Source of the DNA: Felis catus | Taxonomy: Eukaryota | Assembly: GCF_018350175.1 (NCBI RefSeq) | Contig: NC_058368.1 | Coordinates: forward strand, 27,840,001 to 27,904,000 | Reading direction: 5' to 3' | DNA length: 64,000 nucleotides | In this document: positions 37,593-48,440 of the stretch, one piece after another | Layout: the number at the start of each line of letters is the position of its first letter | How positions within the stretch are numbered: position 1 is the first letter of the stretch | The notes under the pieces: model-generated | The model's database searches: none | What the model saw: the letters and a program-made list of their open reading frames with translations, nothing else | What the model was told of the DNA's origin: nothing | Made by a program: the position numbers and the translations under genes

Positions 37593-40279
37593 TTTCTTTA
37601 TGTTTGTGATTAATTAATTAATTTGGGACTGCCACATTTGGAGCATAAATGTTTACAATTGTTAGGTCTTCTTGGTGGATAGACCCCTTAATTATGATAT
37701 AATGCCCTTCTTTATCTCTTGTTACAGTCTTTACTTGAAAGTCTAGATTGTCTGATACAAGTATGGCTACTCCAGCTTCCTTTTGGTGACCATTAGCGTG
37801 ATAGATGGTTCTCCATCCCTTTACTTTCAATCTGAAGGTGTCTTTAGCTCTAAAGTGGGTCTCAACAGCATATAGATGGATCTTGTTTTCTTACCCATTC
37901 TGTTTCTGTACGTTTTTTGATTGGATCATTTAGTTCATTGATGTTTAGGGCGAGTACTTAAAGATATGAATTTATTGCCATTATGTTTCCTGTCGAGTTG
38001 GGAGTTTCTGGTGGTATTCTCTGGTCCTTTCTAGTCTTTGTAGGTTTTGGTCTTTTTTTTGTGTGTGTGTTTTCTCCCCTCAGAGAGTCCCCCTTAAAAT
38101 TTCTTGCAGGGCTAGTGGTTTAGTGGTCACGAACTCCTTTAATTTTTGTTTGGGAAACTTTAAATCTCTCTTTCTATTTTGAATGACAGCCTTGCTGGGT
38201 AAAGAATTCTTGGCTGCATATTTTTCTGATTCAGCACATTGAATATATCCTGCCACTCCTTTCTGGCCTGCCAGGTTTCTGTGTATAGGCCTGCTCTGAA
38301 CCTGATCTGTCTTCCCTTGTAGGTTAAGGACTGTTTTTCCCTTGCTGATTTCATGATTCTTTCCTTGACTGAGTATTTTGTGAATTTGCCAATGATATGC
38401 CTTGTTGATGTTTGGCTTTTATTGAATCTAATGGGAGTCCCCTGTGCTTCCTGGATTTTGATGTCTGTGTCTTTCCCCAGGTTAGGAAAGTTTTCCTCTA
38501 TGATTTTCCCTCATAACCCTTTTACCCCTTTTTCTCTCTCTTCATATTCTGGGGCCCTTTTGATTCTGATGTTCCTTTTTAACGTCACTGATTTCTCTAA
38601 TTCTTAAACCATGCTGTTTTGCCTTAGTCTCCCTCTTTTTTTCTGCTTTATTGTTCTCCATGAGTTTGTCCTCTCTATCACTGATTCGCTGTTCTGCCCT
38701 ATCCATCCTTGCCACTGCAGCATCCATGGAGATTGCAGCTCAGTTATAGCATGTTTTATTTCACCTTGATTAGCTTTTGCTTCTTTTATCTCCACAGAAA
38801 GGGATTCTAATCTGTTATCAACCCCAGCTAGTATTCTTATTATTGTGATTCCAAATTCTGGTTCAGACATCTTGCTTGTATTTGTCTTAAGTCCCTGGCT
38901 GTCGTTTCTTCCTGTTCTTTCTTTTGGGGTCAGTTCCTTCATTTCATATTTTTGAAGGAAGAAAAGGGATTATTAAGGTAAAAAAAATTAAAATTAAAAA
39001 ATCAAAAACAAAAAAATCAAATAAATGATGCTAGATCCTAGGTGCATTTTAGTTTGGTGTTTGAAAGGAGCTTGATAGATTGGAGAAAAAAGGGAAAGAT
39101 ATGAGAAGAAGAAAAAAAAGAAAAAATGAGAAAAAGAAAGAGAAAAAGGAAAATGTTTGAAAATTTGAAAAAATGTATACAATAAAATAGAATAAAATGA
39201 AATGATGAAAGTAAAATAGAAGTAAAAAATTTACAAAGATGTGAAGATATAGTAGAAAATTATTAAAAATCTTTTTAATAAAAATGGGAAATAAAAATAA
39301 TTTTTTTCTCTTTCTATATTTAAGAATAAGAAAAAGAAAAAAAATTGAATAGATAGACTAGCGAACAGACTGAAATACGATTGAAATTACATCAATTTCC
39401 CCCAGACGTCTGTGAAGCATTTTATAGTCTGTAAACTAAGCAGGCAGAGAGACATGTGGTTGGTGTTCCTGTAGAGCCAGGTTGCCCCAGATGGGCGGGG
39501 CTTAGTGTAACAGCTCCCTTCTGCACTAGGTGGCCTTGCTTAGCTTACTGAGGTGGATTGTTGTGGTGCGAGTAGGTGTGAATGTGCATGCATGGGAGAG
39601 ATGAAAATGGTGTCACCCAGCTACCCAGTCTCTAGTTTGGGAACTCTGTTCTCCCCAACCAGCAATCGCACACCCCTCCTTTGTCTCTGGCTTCCATTCA
39701 CTCCCCGCTTTTACATTGTCTGTGACCAAGCCATCAGGTTGCAAGATGGCACCTCCCTCCTGAATTTTATCTCAGATGTGGCTGGGATTTTTCTCCCAAC
39801 TTCTGAGGGACTGAGGCTTTGACCCACTCAGACCCTCTGGGGAGAGTCTCACTGAGCAATGGTCAGGTGCCGGCCGAACCCAGGAACATTCATAGGACTG
39901 TGCTACTGATGATGCTCAGAGACTGTGGCTGGGTGCCAGCCTGCCCCAGAAAAATTTCTGCTCTCGTGTAGCAGCATCGTTTCAGGGATTATGGTAAATC
40001 ACAACATACATCTGACACCAGGCTTCCTGTTTAATGTCCTTTTTCCAGTACCAGCGAATGTGGTTGTTCTCCAGGGTCTGCTGGGACCTTTGCCTGTGGG
40101 GTGGCTGCACAGCCTCTACCAAATATCCTCCCAGCAAGGGAACTGCCTCTCCCCCTGTAGCCTGAGGACCCCTTGGTCCTTGCTCTCTGCTCATAGGGAT
40201 TTGCCCTTCCCACCAGAGCTCTGCCCAGTATCAAGCTGCAGAGTTTCAGACTCTGTGATCCCCCTGTTTATAGAGTCTT

Positions 40280-40494
40280 TTTTTAAAAATTTTTTTCGAT
40301 GTTTATTTTTGAGAGAGAGTGACAGAGTGTGAGTAGGGAAGGAACAGAGACAGAGGCAGACACAGAATTCAAAGCAGGCTCCAGGCTCTGAGCTGTCAGC
40401 ACAGATCCCCACGCGGAGCTCGAACCCACGAACCGTGAGATCATGACCTGGGCTGAAGTTGGATGCCCAACCGACTGAGCCACCCAGGCGCCCC
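40280..40494 (-). mobile_element. CanSINE in the L1 5'UTR
   Basis: TSD (cccc)tgtttatagagtctt at 40261-40279 and 40491-40509. Confidence 0.97.
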
Positions 40495-40867
40495 TGTTTA
40501 TAGAGTCTTAATGGAATTTAAACCCTCTGCTTTCTCCTTTCTCCCTTTTAGGTTCAGTGCCTTGTATACTCTTTCTTTTCTCTCCAGCTTTCAGGCAGGG
40601 GGGAAGCTTTCCTGTACTCTCCCCCCATCTCCATCCTCTCTCCGCAAGCAAAAACAGCTCCCTCTCTCTGCTGCTTCTCTTTCCCCCCGTTCACTTCTCC
40701 ACACTGAGTGCCTGCTGAGTTCTCTGGTTCAGGTTGTGTCAATTGTTGTGTTAATCTTCAAATCAGTTATCTAGGTGTGCAGGATGGTTTAGTGTTGATC
40801 TGGCTGTATTTCATGGATGAGAGACACAAAAAAAACCTTCCATGCTGTTCCACCACCTTGGCTCCCA

Positions 40868-41364
40868 CACAACAAGTACACTTCTTAGTTCTCATCACCT
40901 ATTTAACCCATCCACTCACCCACTTCCCTTCTGGTAACCACCAGTTTGTTCTCTATAGTTAAGATTCTGTTTCTTGGTTTGCTTCTCTCTCTCTTTTATT
41001 TTACCCTTTGCTCATTTGTTTTGTTTTTTAAATCCACATATAAGTAACATCATATGTATTTGTCTTTCTCTGACTGGTTTGTTTCCCTCTGCATTATACT
41101 CTCTAGCTCCATCCATGTCATTGCAAATAGCAAGATTTCATTCTCTTTTATGGATTAGTAGTATTCCACTGTATACATATATCACATCTTCTTATCCATT
41201 CATCAATTGATGGACTCTTGGGCTGTTTCCATAATGTGGCTATTATAGATAATGCTGCTACAAACATTGAGGTGCAGCATGGAGGTTTCTCAAAAGGTTA
41301 AAAATAGAACTACCCCATGATCCATCCATTGTACTACTAGGTGTTTACCCGAATATGCAGAAAT
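40868..41364 (-). mobile_element. Continuation of the middle L1_Carn element, with inverted (+) 5' segment at ~41274-41364
   Basis: Minus 3'UTR/ORF2 end up to aaacattgaggtgca, then plus-strand gcagcatggaggtttctcaaaaggttaaaatagaactaccccatgatcca. Confidence 0.85.
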
Positions 41365-41672
41365 CCTCCATGTCTTTTAATGGCTTGATAACTCGTTTCT
41401 TTCCAGCACTGAATAGTATTCCATTGCCTGGATGAACCACAGTTTACTTATCCATTCACCTACTGAAGAACATCTTGGTTGATTCCAAGTTTGGGCAACT
41501 ATGAATAAAGCTGCTATAAATATCTGTGTGCAGGTTTTTGTATGGGCGTAAGTTTTCAGCTTCTTTGGGGAAATACCAAGGAATGCAATTGCTGTGTTTT
41601 ATGGTAAGAGTATGTTTAGTTTAGCAAGAAACTGCAAACTGTTTCTAAGGTGGCTGTACCATTTTGTATTCC
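41365..41672 (-). mobile_element. L1MC1-like continuation
   Basis: cctccatgtctttt...gaatagtattccattgcctggatgaaccacagtttacttatccattcacctactgaag...gtaagagtatgtttagtttagcaagaaactg. Confidence 0.85.
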
Positions 41673-41825
41673 TATATACACATATGTGTGTGTGTATATA
41701 TATATGTATATACATATATGCAGGTATGTATATGTGTGTGTACACACATACATGTAATATGTATATATATTCATATAATATATGACATAATATACATTTA
41801 TAGACATTTATATGTGTTATACAGA

Positions 41826-41878
<53 letters not shown>

Positions 41879-41890
41879 TAAAGGTATGTA
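41672..41890. repeat. (TA)/(TG)/(CA)n microsatellite complex including ~(CA)20
   Basis: Directly visible. Confidence 0.9.
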
Positions 41891-42297
41891 TATCTTTTTT
41901 TGGTAGAAATTGGCTCATGTGATTGTCAGAGGCTGGCAAATCCAAAACTTGTAGGGCAGGCCAGCAGGCTGGAATCTCAGAAGCTAATATTGTACTCTTT
42001 GGTATGAAGTATTTAGGGCAGTCTTGGCATGCTGGAAACTTAGGCAGGATACACATGTTACAGTGTTGAGGTACACTTCTTCTCTGGAAAACCTCAGTTT
42101 CTGCTCTGAAGGCCTTCAACTGATTGAGTGAGGCTCACCCATATTATTGAGGGTAATCTCCTTTACTTAAAGTCAGCAGATTATAGATGTTAATCATGTA
42201 TACAAAACAACTTCACAGCAATATCTCAACCACTGTTTGACCAGTCAGCTGGTCACCAGACCCTAGCCAAGTTGACACATAAAACTTAACCATCACG
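41890..42297 (-). mobile_element. ERVL MLT2-type LTR
   Basis: aattggctcatgtgattg..gaggctggcaaatcc...aggccttcaactgattgagtgaggctcacccatattattgagggtaatct...ctagccaagttgacacataaaacttaaccatcac. Confidence 0.9.

Positions 42298-42299
<2 letters not shown>

Positions 42300-42336
<37 letters not shown>
42300..42336. repeat. (TG)n microsatellite
   Basis: Directly visible. Confidence 0.95.
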
Positions 42337-42338
<2 letters not shown>

Positions 42339-42621
42339 AATTGTAACAGAGATAACCGTTAACTTGGTGGACCACATGTGCAAGATTTCTCTAGAAGTCT
42401 CTTGGAGTCTCAGCCTAAAACCAGTTCGACACTCCTTCTAACAAATTTGTAAGGACCTAATCCTTTTTCTGCTTAAAAGAATTAAGAGTGGTTTCTGTTA
42501 TTTGCAATGGAACCTCACTGCTATTCTAGCAAAGTCTTGAGAGTATGAGAAAGAAACTCTATAGGCTAAGTATATTCATGAGGATAGATGCAAAAGTAGC
42601 ATCTAAAATGTTAGCACTTGA

Positions 42622-42831
42622 GGGGCACCTGGGTGGCTCAGTCAGTAAAGCATCCGACTTCAGCTCAGGTCATGATCTCACGGTCCTTGAGTTTGAGCCC
42701 CACTTTGGGCTTTGTACTGACAGCTCAGAGCCTGGAGCCTACTTCGGATTCTGTGTCTCCCTCTCTCTGTCTCTTCCCCGCTTATGCTCTCTTTTTCTCT
42801 CTCAAAAATAAATAAACATTAAGAAAAAAAT
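42622..42831 (+). mobile_element. CanSINE
   Basis: TSD taaaatgttagca(c/a)ttga at 42604-42621 and 42832-42849. Confidence 0.96.
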
Positions 42832-43567
42832 TAAAATGTTAGCAATTGAATTCAGGAATCCATCAAAAAGCTAATGTATGATCAAGCTGGGTTTACATCA
42901 GAAAAGCAAAGTTCAGCATTAGAGAAATAGTTTATTTTACTAAATTAACAGATGTAGTATTAAAGATATAAAATCATTTGATAAAATGCTATTAAGGGAA
43001 CTAGAGATAGACATGAATTTCTTTAACCTGATAAAGTATATCTGAAATACCAAACATCAGACATGAAACAACAGTAAATTCAATGTTAAGCACAAAACCT
43101 TTCCTTTAAAAAGAATAGCAGGACAAGGATACCCACTATGACCGTGTAGGTGCAATGTTGTAGTAAACATTTCAGAAATAGTACTCATAAGGAAGAAGAA
43201 ATAATAATTGTAAAGATTGTGAAGGCAGGAACAAAATTTTGTTATTTGTGGTTGAAATTACCATAGAAAACTCCATAAAATATAGAGACAAATATCAGAA
43301 TTAGTAAGAGTTCAACAGGTTGCTGGATGAAGTTCAGTATATAAAAGTCTATTTCTTTAGTAGCACCAGCAACAGACCTTAACATTTAAAAAATACACTT
43401 AACATAATGTGTAGGGGTAAGGAAAAAAAATAAAGACCATTAAGGAGAAATTTACAACAATTTTATTGAAAAAGCCTAAAGATTGTGATAAATGAAGCTG
43501 TATACCGTATTTTAGCATAAGAAGGTTCAATATTATAAAGGTATTAGTTCTCACCAAGTTGATCTAC

Positions 43568-43789
43568 ATTTTTTTTTATTTAAAAAAATTTTTTTTAACA
43601 TTTATTTTTGAGAGAGAGAGAGAGCATGAACGGGGGAGGGTCAGAGAGAGGGAGACACAGAATCTGAAACAGGCTCCAGGCTCTGAGCTGTCAGCACAGA
43701 GCCTGAAGTGGGGCTCGAACTCACGGACCGCGAGATCATGACCTGAGCTGAAGTCGGCCGCTTAACCGACTGAGCCACCCAGGCGCCTC
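43568..43789 (-). mobile_element. CanSINE
   Basis: Full body. TSD tg(a/g)tctacattttt. Confidence 0.96.
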
Positions 43790-44289
43790 TGGTCTACATT
43801 TTTAAAAGAAATTCCAGTCAAAATCCTAACAAGACTTTTTATGGAACTTTTGAAGTGTATTTTAAAATTTATACGAACAGAGGTAAAAAATAGCCCAGAT
43901 GCTCAGATGTTCCTGAAGAAGGAGGTGGTGGGTGGTGTGGGGGGTGAAGTGGGGTGAGGAAGGAGGCCAGACAACTTGCAAACATTAAAAACTGTGGTAA
44001 TTATATCAGCGGATATTAGTATATATTGATAAATAGATATAGAATCAATGAAGCAACAGCTCAGAAACAGACATATATATTGAAATCTGATACATGGCAG
44101 AAAGCACAGTGGATATGGAAAAATAGAAAATTGATTCCTACATCACAGGATATACAAAATCAATTCTAAATGTAATAAATATGTACATATGATAGACAAA
44201 ACTTCCAAATATTTTCTAAGGAAATACAGAAGAGGCTTATACCTTCAGCTGAAAAATATTTGTTGAACAAAACATAAAAGGAAGAAACC

Positions 44290-44960
44290 GATTTAGGAAT
44301 TAGTTGCTTATTAAATATTTGGTAGAACTTGCATATAAAACTGTCTGTCCTTGGAGTTTCCTTTATGAAAAAAGTTCAGATGGACCCATGCCTTTATTGG
44401 TTATGGGTATATTCAAGTTTTTTATTTTTTTTTTCTTAAGTTTTGACAATTTAACTGTCTCAGGGAATTTGTTGATCTTTCCTATATTTTCGAATTTATT
44501 GACAAAAAAAAACTATAATCTTAAAGAAATCTTGTTAGTCTCTGCTGAATTTGTAATTATGACTTAATTTTATTCCTCATAATGTACCTTTTCTATTTTT
44601 TCTTGATCAATCTTGCTAAAATTGGTCAAATTTACTACTCAGTTAAAAGAATTCTTTTGTTCAGTTAATCCTCTCTATTAATATCTTCATTTCCTATTTT
44701 ATTCCTGTTTCATCTTATCTTTACTATTTAATTTTCCTTTTTTCTTTGTTTTTAGTATTTTTAAAAAATACTAAAATTTTTTTTTTAATTCCTTAGGTTG
44801 AACTCTTTATTTATATTCACACTTTTTCTCTAATAAAAGCATTCATGGCTGTGTTACTTCGATTTTTTTTTTAAAAATTCCTTATGTTGGACTCTTTATT
44901 TATATTCACCCTTTCTTTTTCTCTAATAAAAGCATTTATGGCTGTGTTACTTCGATTACC
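44290..44960 (-). mobile_element. Very old L1 ORF2 fragment (resumes at ~46870-48190)
   Basis: atttggtagaacttgcatataaaactgtctgtccttggag...tcttgatcaatcttgct. Confidence 0.7.
44780..44957. repeat. ~93-bp tandem duplication
   Basis: aattcctta.gttg.actctttatttatattcac...ctctaataaaagcatt.atggctgtgttacttcgatt occurs twice (gtgttacttc at 44851 and 44944). Confidence 0.9.
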
Positions 44961-44967
44961 TTTTTTT

Positions 44968-45465
44968 CATTTTGTTCTTGGTTTTGTTTGTTTATTGTAC
45001 TTCAGGTATAGTTAACATACAGTCTTGTATCAATTTTAGGTGTTCAATGCAGTAATTCAATAATTCTATACATTACGCAGTGCTCATCACGATAAGTGTA
45101 CTCTTAGTCCCCTTCACCTATTTCACCCATTCCCCCACCCACCTCTTCTCTGGCAACCACCAGTTCGTTCTCTATAGTTAGGATTCTGTCCTTTGGTTTG
45201 TCTCTTTTTTCTTTGTTTGCTTGTTTTGTTTCTTAAAGTCCATATATGAGTGAAATCTTACAGCATTTGTCTTTCTCTGACTGACTTATTTCGCTTAGCA
45301 TTATATTCTCTAGCTCCATCCATCCATGTCATCGCAAATGGCAAGATTTCATTTTTTTTAGGGCTAAGTAATGTTCCATAGTATGTGTGTGTGCGTGTGT
45401 GTGTGTGTGTACCTATATATATATACATATACGTATATATACATGTATATACATATGTATACATA

Positions 45466-45515
<50 letters not shown>

Positions 45516-46867
45516 TACACACACACACGCACACAAATATATATTGTTCGTTACAATAAAAGTGGTTAAACCCAGGGTCATTTTTTATAGTCATGGTATT
45601 TCTTATGATAAAATGAAAGTTTTTACAAAACCACAATTTGGAACAGAAATATATATATACATATACATACACACGTACACACACACTCACACACCACATC
45701 TTCTTTATCCATTCATCTATCAGTGGACACTTGGGCTGCTTCCATAATTGGGCTACTGTAAATAATACTGATATAAACATAGGGGTGCATATATCTTTTC
45801 AAATTAGTGTTTCTGTATTCTTTGGGCAAATACCCATTAGTGGAATTACTGGATCATAAAGTAATTCTATTTTTAATTTTTGGAGGAACCTCCGTACTGT
45901 TTTCCACAGTGGCTATACCAATTTGCATTCCCGCCAAAAGTGCATGAGAGTTCCTTTACAGCCACATCTTTGCCAACACTTGTTTCCTGTGTTGTTGGTT
46001 TTAGCCACTCCGACAGGTGTGAGATGATGTCTCATTGTGGTTTTGATTTGCATTTCCCTGATGATGAGTGATATTGAGAATCTTTTCGTGTGTTTGTTAG
46101 CCATCTGTATGTCTTTGGAGGAATGTGTGTTCATATCTTCTGCCCATTTTAAATTTGTTTACTTGTTTTTTTGTGTGCTGAATTGTATAAGCTTTTTATA
46201 TATTTTTGATACTAAGCCTTTGCTGAATATGTCGTTTGCAAGTATCTTCTCCCATTCAGTAGGTTGACTTTTTGTTTTGTTGACGGTTTCCTTTGCTCTG
46301 CAAAAGCTTTTTTTTAATTTTAATTTTTTTACTTTTTTTTTTATTTTGGTGTAGTCCCAGTTTATTTTTGTTTTTGTTTCCCTTGCCTTAAGAGACCTAT
46401 CTAGAAAAAATGTTGCTATGGCTGATGTCAGAGAAATTATTGCCTGTGTCTCTCTTCTAGGATTTTTAAGGTTTTAGTTCTCACATTTAGGTCCTTAATC
46501 CATTTTTTTTTTGTTTATTTTGTGTATGGTGTAAGCCAGGGTCCAGTTTCATCTTTTGCATGTAGCTGTCCAGTTTTCCCAACAGCGTGTATTGAAGACA
46601 CTGTCTTTTTCGCATTGCATATCCTCGCCTCCTTTGTTGAAGATTAATTGGCCATATAATTGTGGGTTTATTTCTGGGCTCTCTATTCTGTTCTCTTGTT
46701 CTATGTGTCTGTTTTTGTGCCAGCACCCTACTGTTTTGATTACTGCAGCTTTGTAGTATATCTTGAAATCTGGGGTTGCAATACTGATGGTGTTAGTCTT
46801 TTGCAAGATTCCTTGGCTATTCGAGGTCTTTTGTGGTTCCATACAAATTTTAGGATTATTTGTTTTA
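44968..46867 (-). mobile_element. 5'-truncated L1_Carn-type element
   Basis: 3'UTR tatagttaacatacagt..., ORF2 peptides WKQPKCPLIDEWIKKMW and DFKIYYKAAVIKT...NRIESPEINPQLYGQLIFNKG. TSD acttc(g/a)attaccttttt at ~44949-44964 and ~46868-46884. Confidence 0.92.
45545..45653 (+). repeat. ~110-bp dispersed copy of 48667-48781 inserted in the L1 microsatellite
   Basis: tacaataaaagtg..ttaaacccag.gtcatttttt..tagtcatggtattt...aaaatgaaagtttt...aatttg.aacagaa is shared by both sites. Confidence 0.88.
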
Positions 46868-46994
46868 ACTTCAATTACCTTTTTAAATGCATTCCTCAAA
46901 TTTGCGATGTAGTGTTTCTGTTATTTTTCCAAATGTTTTGTGTGATTTCTCCATTGAGCCATGAATTATTTAGTAGTGTATTTTTAACTTTCTA

Positions 46995-47213
46995 GGGGTG
47001 CCAGGGTGGCTTAGTTGGTTAAGCATCCAACTTTGCCTCAGGTCATGATTTTGCTGTTTGCGAGTTTGAGCCCCACATCGAGCTCTGTGCTGACAGCTCA
47101 AAACCTGGAGCCTGCTTTGGATTCTGTGTCTCCATTTCTCTCTGCCCCTTCTTCACTCATTCTCTGTCTCTGTCTCTCTCTGTCTCTCTTTCAAAAATGA
47201 AAATATTAAAAAC
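46995..47213 (+). mobile_element. CanSINE (older)
   Basis: 23-bp TSD agtag(tg/ca)tatttttaactttcta at 46972-46994 and 47224-47246. Confidence 0.95.
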
Positions 47214-47372
47214 ATTTTTCTAAAGTAGCATATTTTTAACTTTCTAAATATATGGGCCTGAAAAAATCCTCCTCCCACTGATTTGTAATTTAGTATTATT
47301 GAGATCAGAGAATGCAGATTACTATAGGATTCTCTGAAATTTATTGAGACTCCTTATGAGGGTCAGTTTTTA

Positions 47373-47585
47373 AATTTTTTTTTCAATGTTTATTCATTTT
47401 TGGGACAGAGAGAGACAGAGCATGAACAGGGGAGGGGCAGAGAGAGAGGGAGACACAGAATCGGAAACAGGCTCCAGGCTCCGAGCCATCAGCCCAGAGC
47501 CCGACGCGGGGCTCGAACTCACGGACCACGAGATCGTGACCTGGCTGAAGTCGGACGCTTAACCGACTGCGCCACCCAGGCACCC
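47373..47585 (-). mobile_element. Young feline CanSINE
   Basis: Perfect TSD tgagggtcagttttta at 47357-47372 and 47586-47601. Confidence 0.97.
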
Positions 47586-48289
47586 TGAGGGTCAGTTTTT
47601 ATAGACAGTCCATGTATACCTGAATAGAATGTTTATTCTCTAATTATATTCTATGTACATTAATTTTAATGTATGGAATATTAATTGTGTTCTTCAAATA
47701 TTCTATTTTCTGATTCTTTGTTTACTTGGTCTTTAAATTACTGAGAGAAGTGTGTTAAAACCTTTCACTATGATGATGGTTGCTTTATCAATTTTTCCTC
47801 TTCATTCTATAGCTTTTTGTTGCATATATCTGAAGGTATTTTATTGTGGTTTATAGAGTTTTAGTATTTTTACATGTTTCTACATTTTTTTAAATATGTA
47901 GAAGCCCTCTCCACTAGTGCAATAATCTTTTCCTCTTAAAAATGATCTTTTGTCTGATATTATTGTAACTATACCAGAATTCTTTGGGTTGTGTTAACCA
48001 ATACGTGCTTAATACATAATTTTTCTACATTTTTAATTTTTCTGTGGTTTGTGTTTAGATGTTCCTTTTGCAGATTTCATTTTAGATGTGACTATTTAAA
48101 AAATATATAGTTCAAGTTGGGCAATTGAGTCCATTTACATACATGTGGATCCATCTCTTCTAACTTCTTTTGTGAGTTTTGTTGGTCAGACTTCTTTCGT
48201 GCAGTAAGAAGTTTGAGCTTTCCCCCTTATGTAATTGGAAATTGTCAAGTGTTTACTGAGCGCAGTTTAATACACATACACAGACACAC

Positions 48290-48440
48290 ACCCCGTAGGA
48301 AGCAAGTTACTTTTACCTTCATTTTACACCCGAGCCAGATGAGTTAATTGTGTGGCTTTAGGTTACAAAACTATTAGGAGATTAAATTTGAACCACGATC
48401 TGAAATTGGATCCCCAATCCACTATCCTTTCATGCTTCCA
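48290..48440 (-). mobile_element. MIR fragment
   Basis: ttcattttacac..gagccagatgagttaattgtg...ggttacaaaactattag...atttgaaccac. Confidence 0.5.

Larger units (their letters stand above)
34222..40867 (-). mobile_element. Near-full-length felid L1 (L1_Fc/L1_Felid-type), decayed: ORF2 ~34340-37960, ORF1 ~38090-38945, 5'UTR ~38945-40867
   Basis: Minus ORFs: [13 protein letters not shown]...[18 protein letters not shown]...FADDMIL; QWNRIENPE; KVKGWRTIYHANG (EN); ORF1 KSAREKQSLTYKGRQIR...WQDIFNVL..MQPRILYPARLSF. TSD-like cacaacaagt(tt/ac)actt at ~34205-34221 and ~40868-40883. Confidence 0.95.
42545..44290 (+). mobile_element. Very old L1 ORF2 fragment (sense on +)
   Basis: RKKLYRLSIFMRIDAKVASKMLA resembles the YRPISLMNIDAKILNKILA motif. 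Also acaaggatacccactat and agagttcaacaggttgctggat. Confidence 0.75.
46870..48190 (-). mobile_element. Very old L1 ORF2 (EN-side) fragment, split by two SINEs
   Basis: ctctgaaatttattgagact...ctgaatagaatgtttattctct...attactgagagaagtgtgttaaaacct. Confidence 0.7.

Noticed and set aside
34222..40867. Possible active L1
   Set aside because: ORF1 and ORF2 are broken into many fragments, with a 32-bp frameshifting duplication, a 3'UTR deletion near 34260 and a SINE in the 5'UTR.
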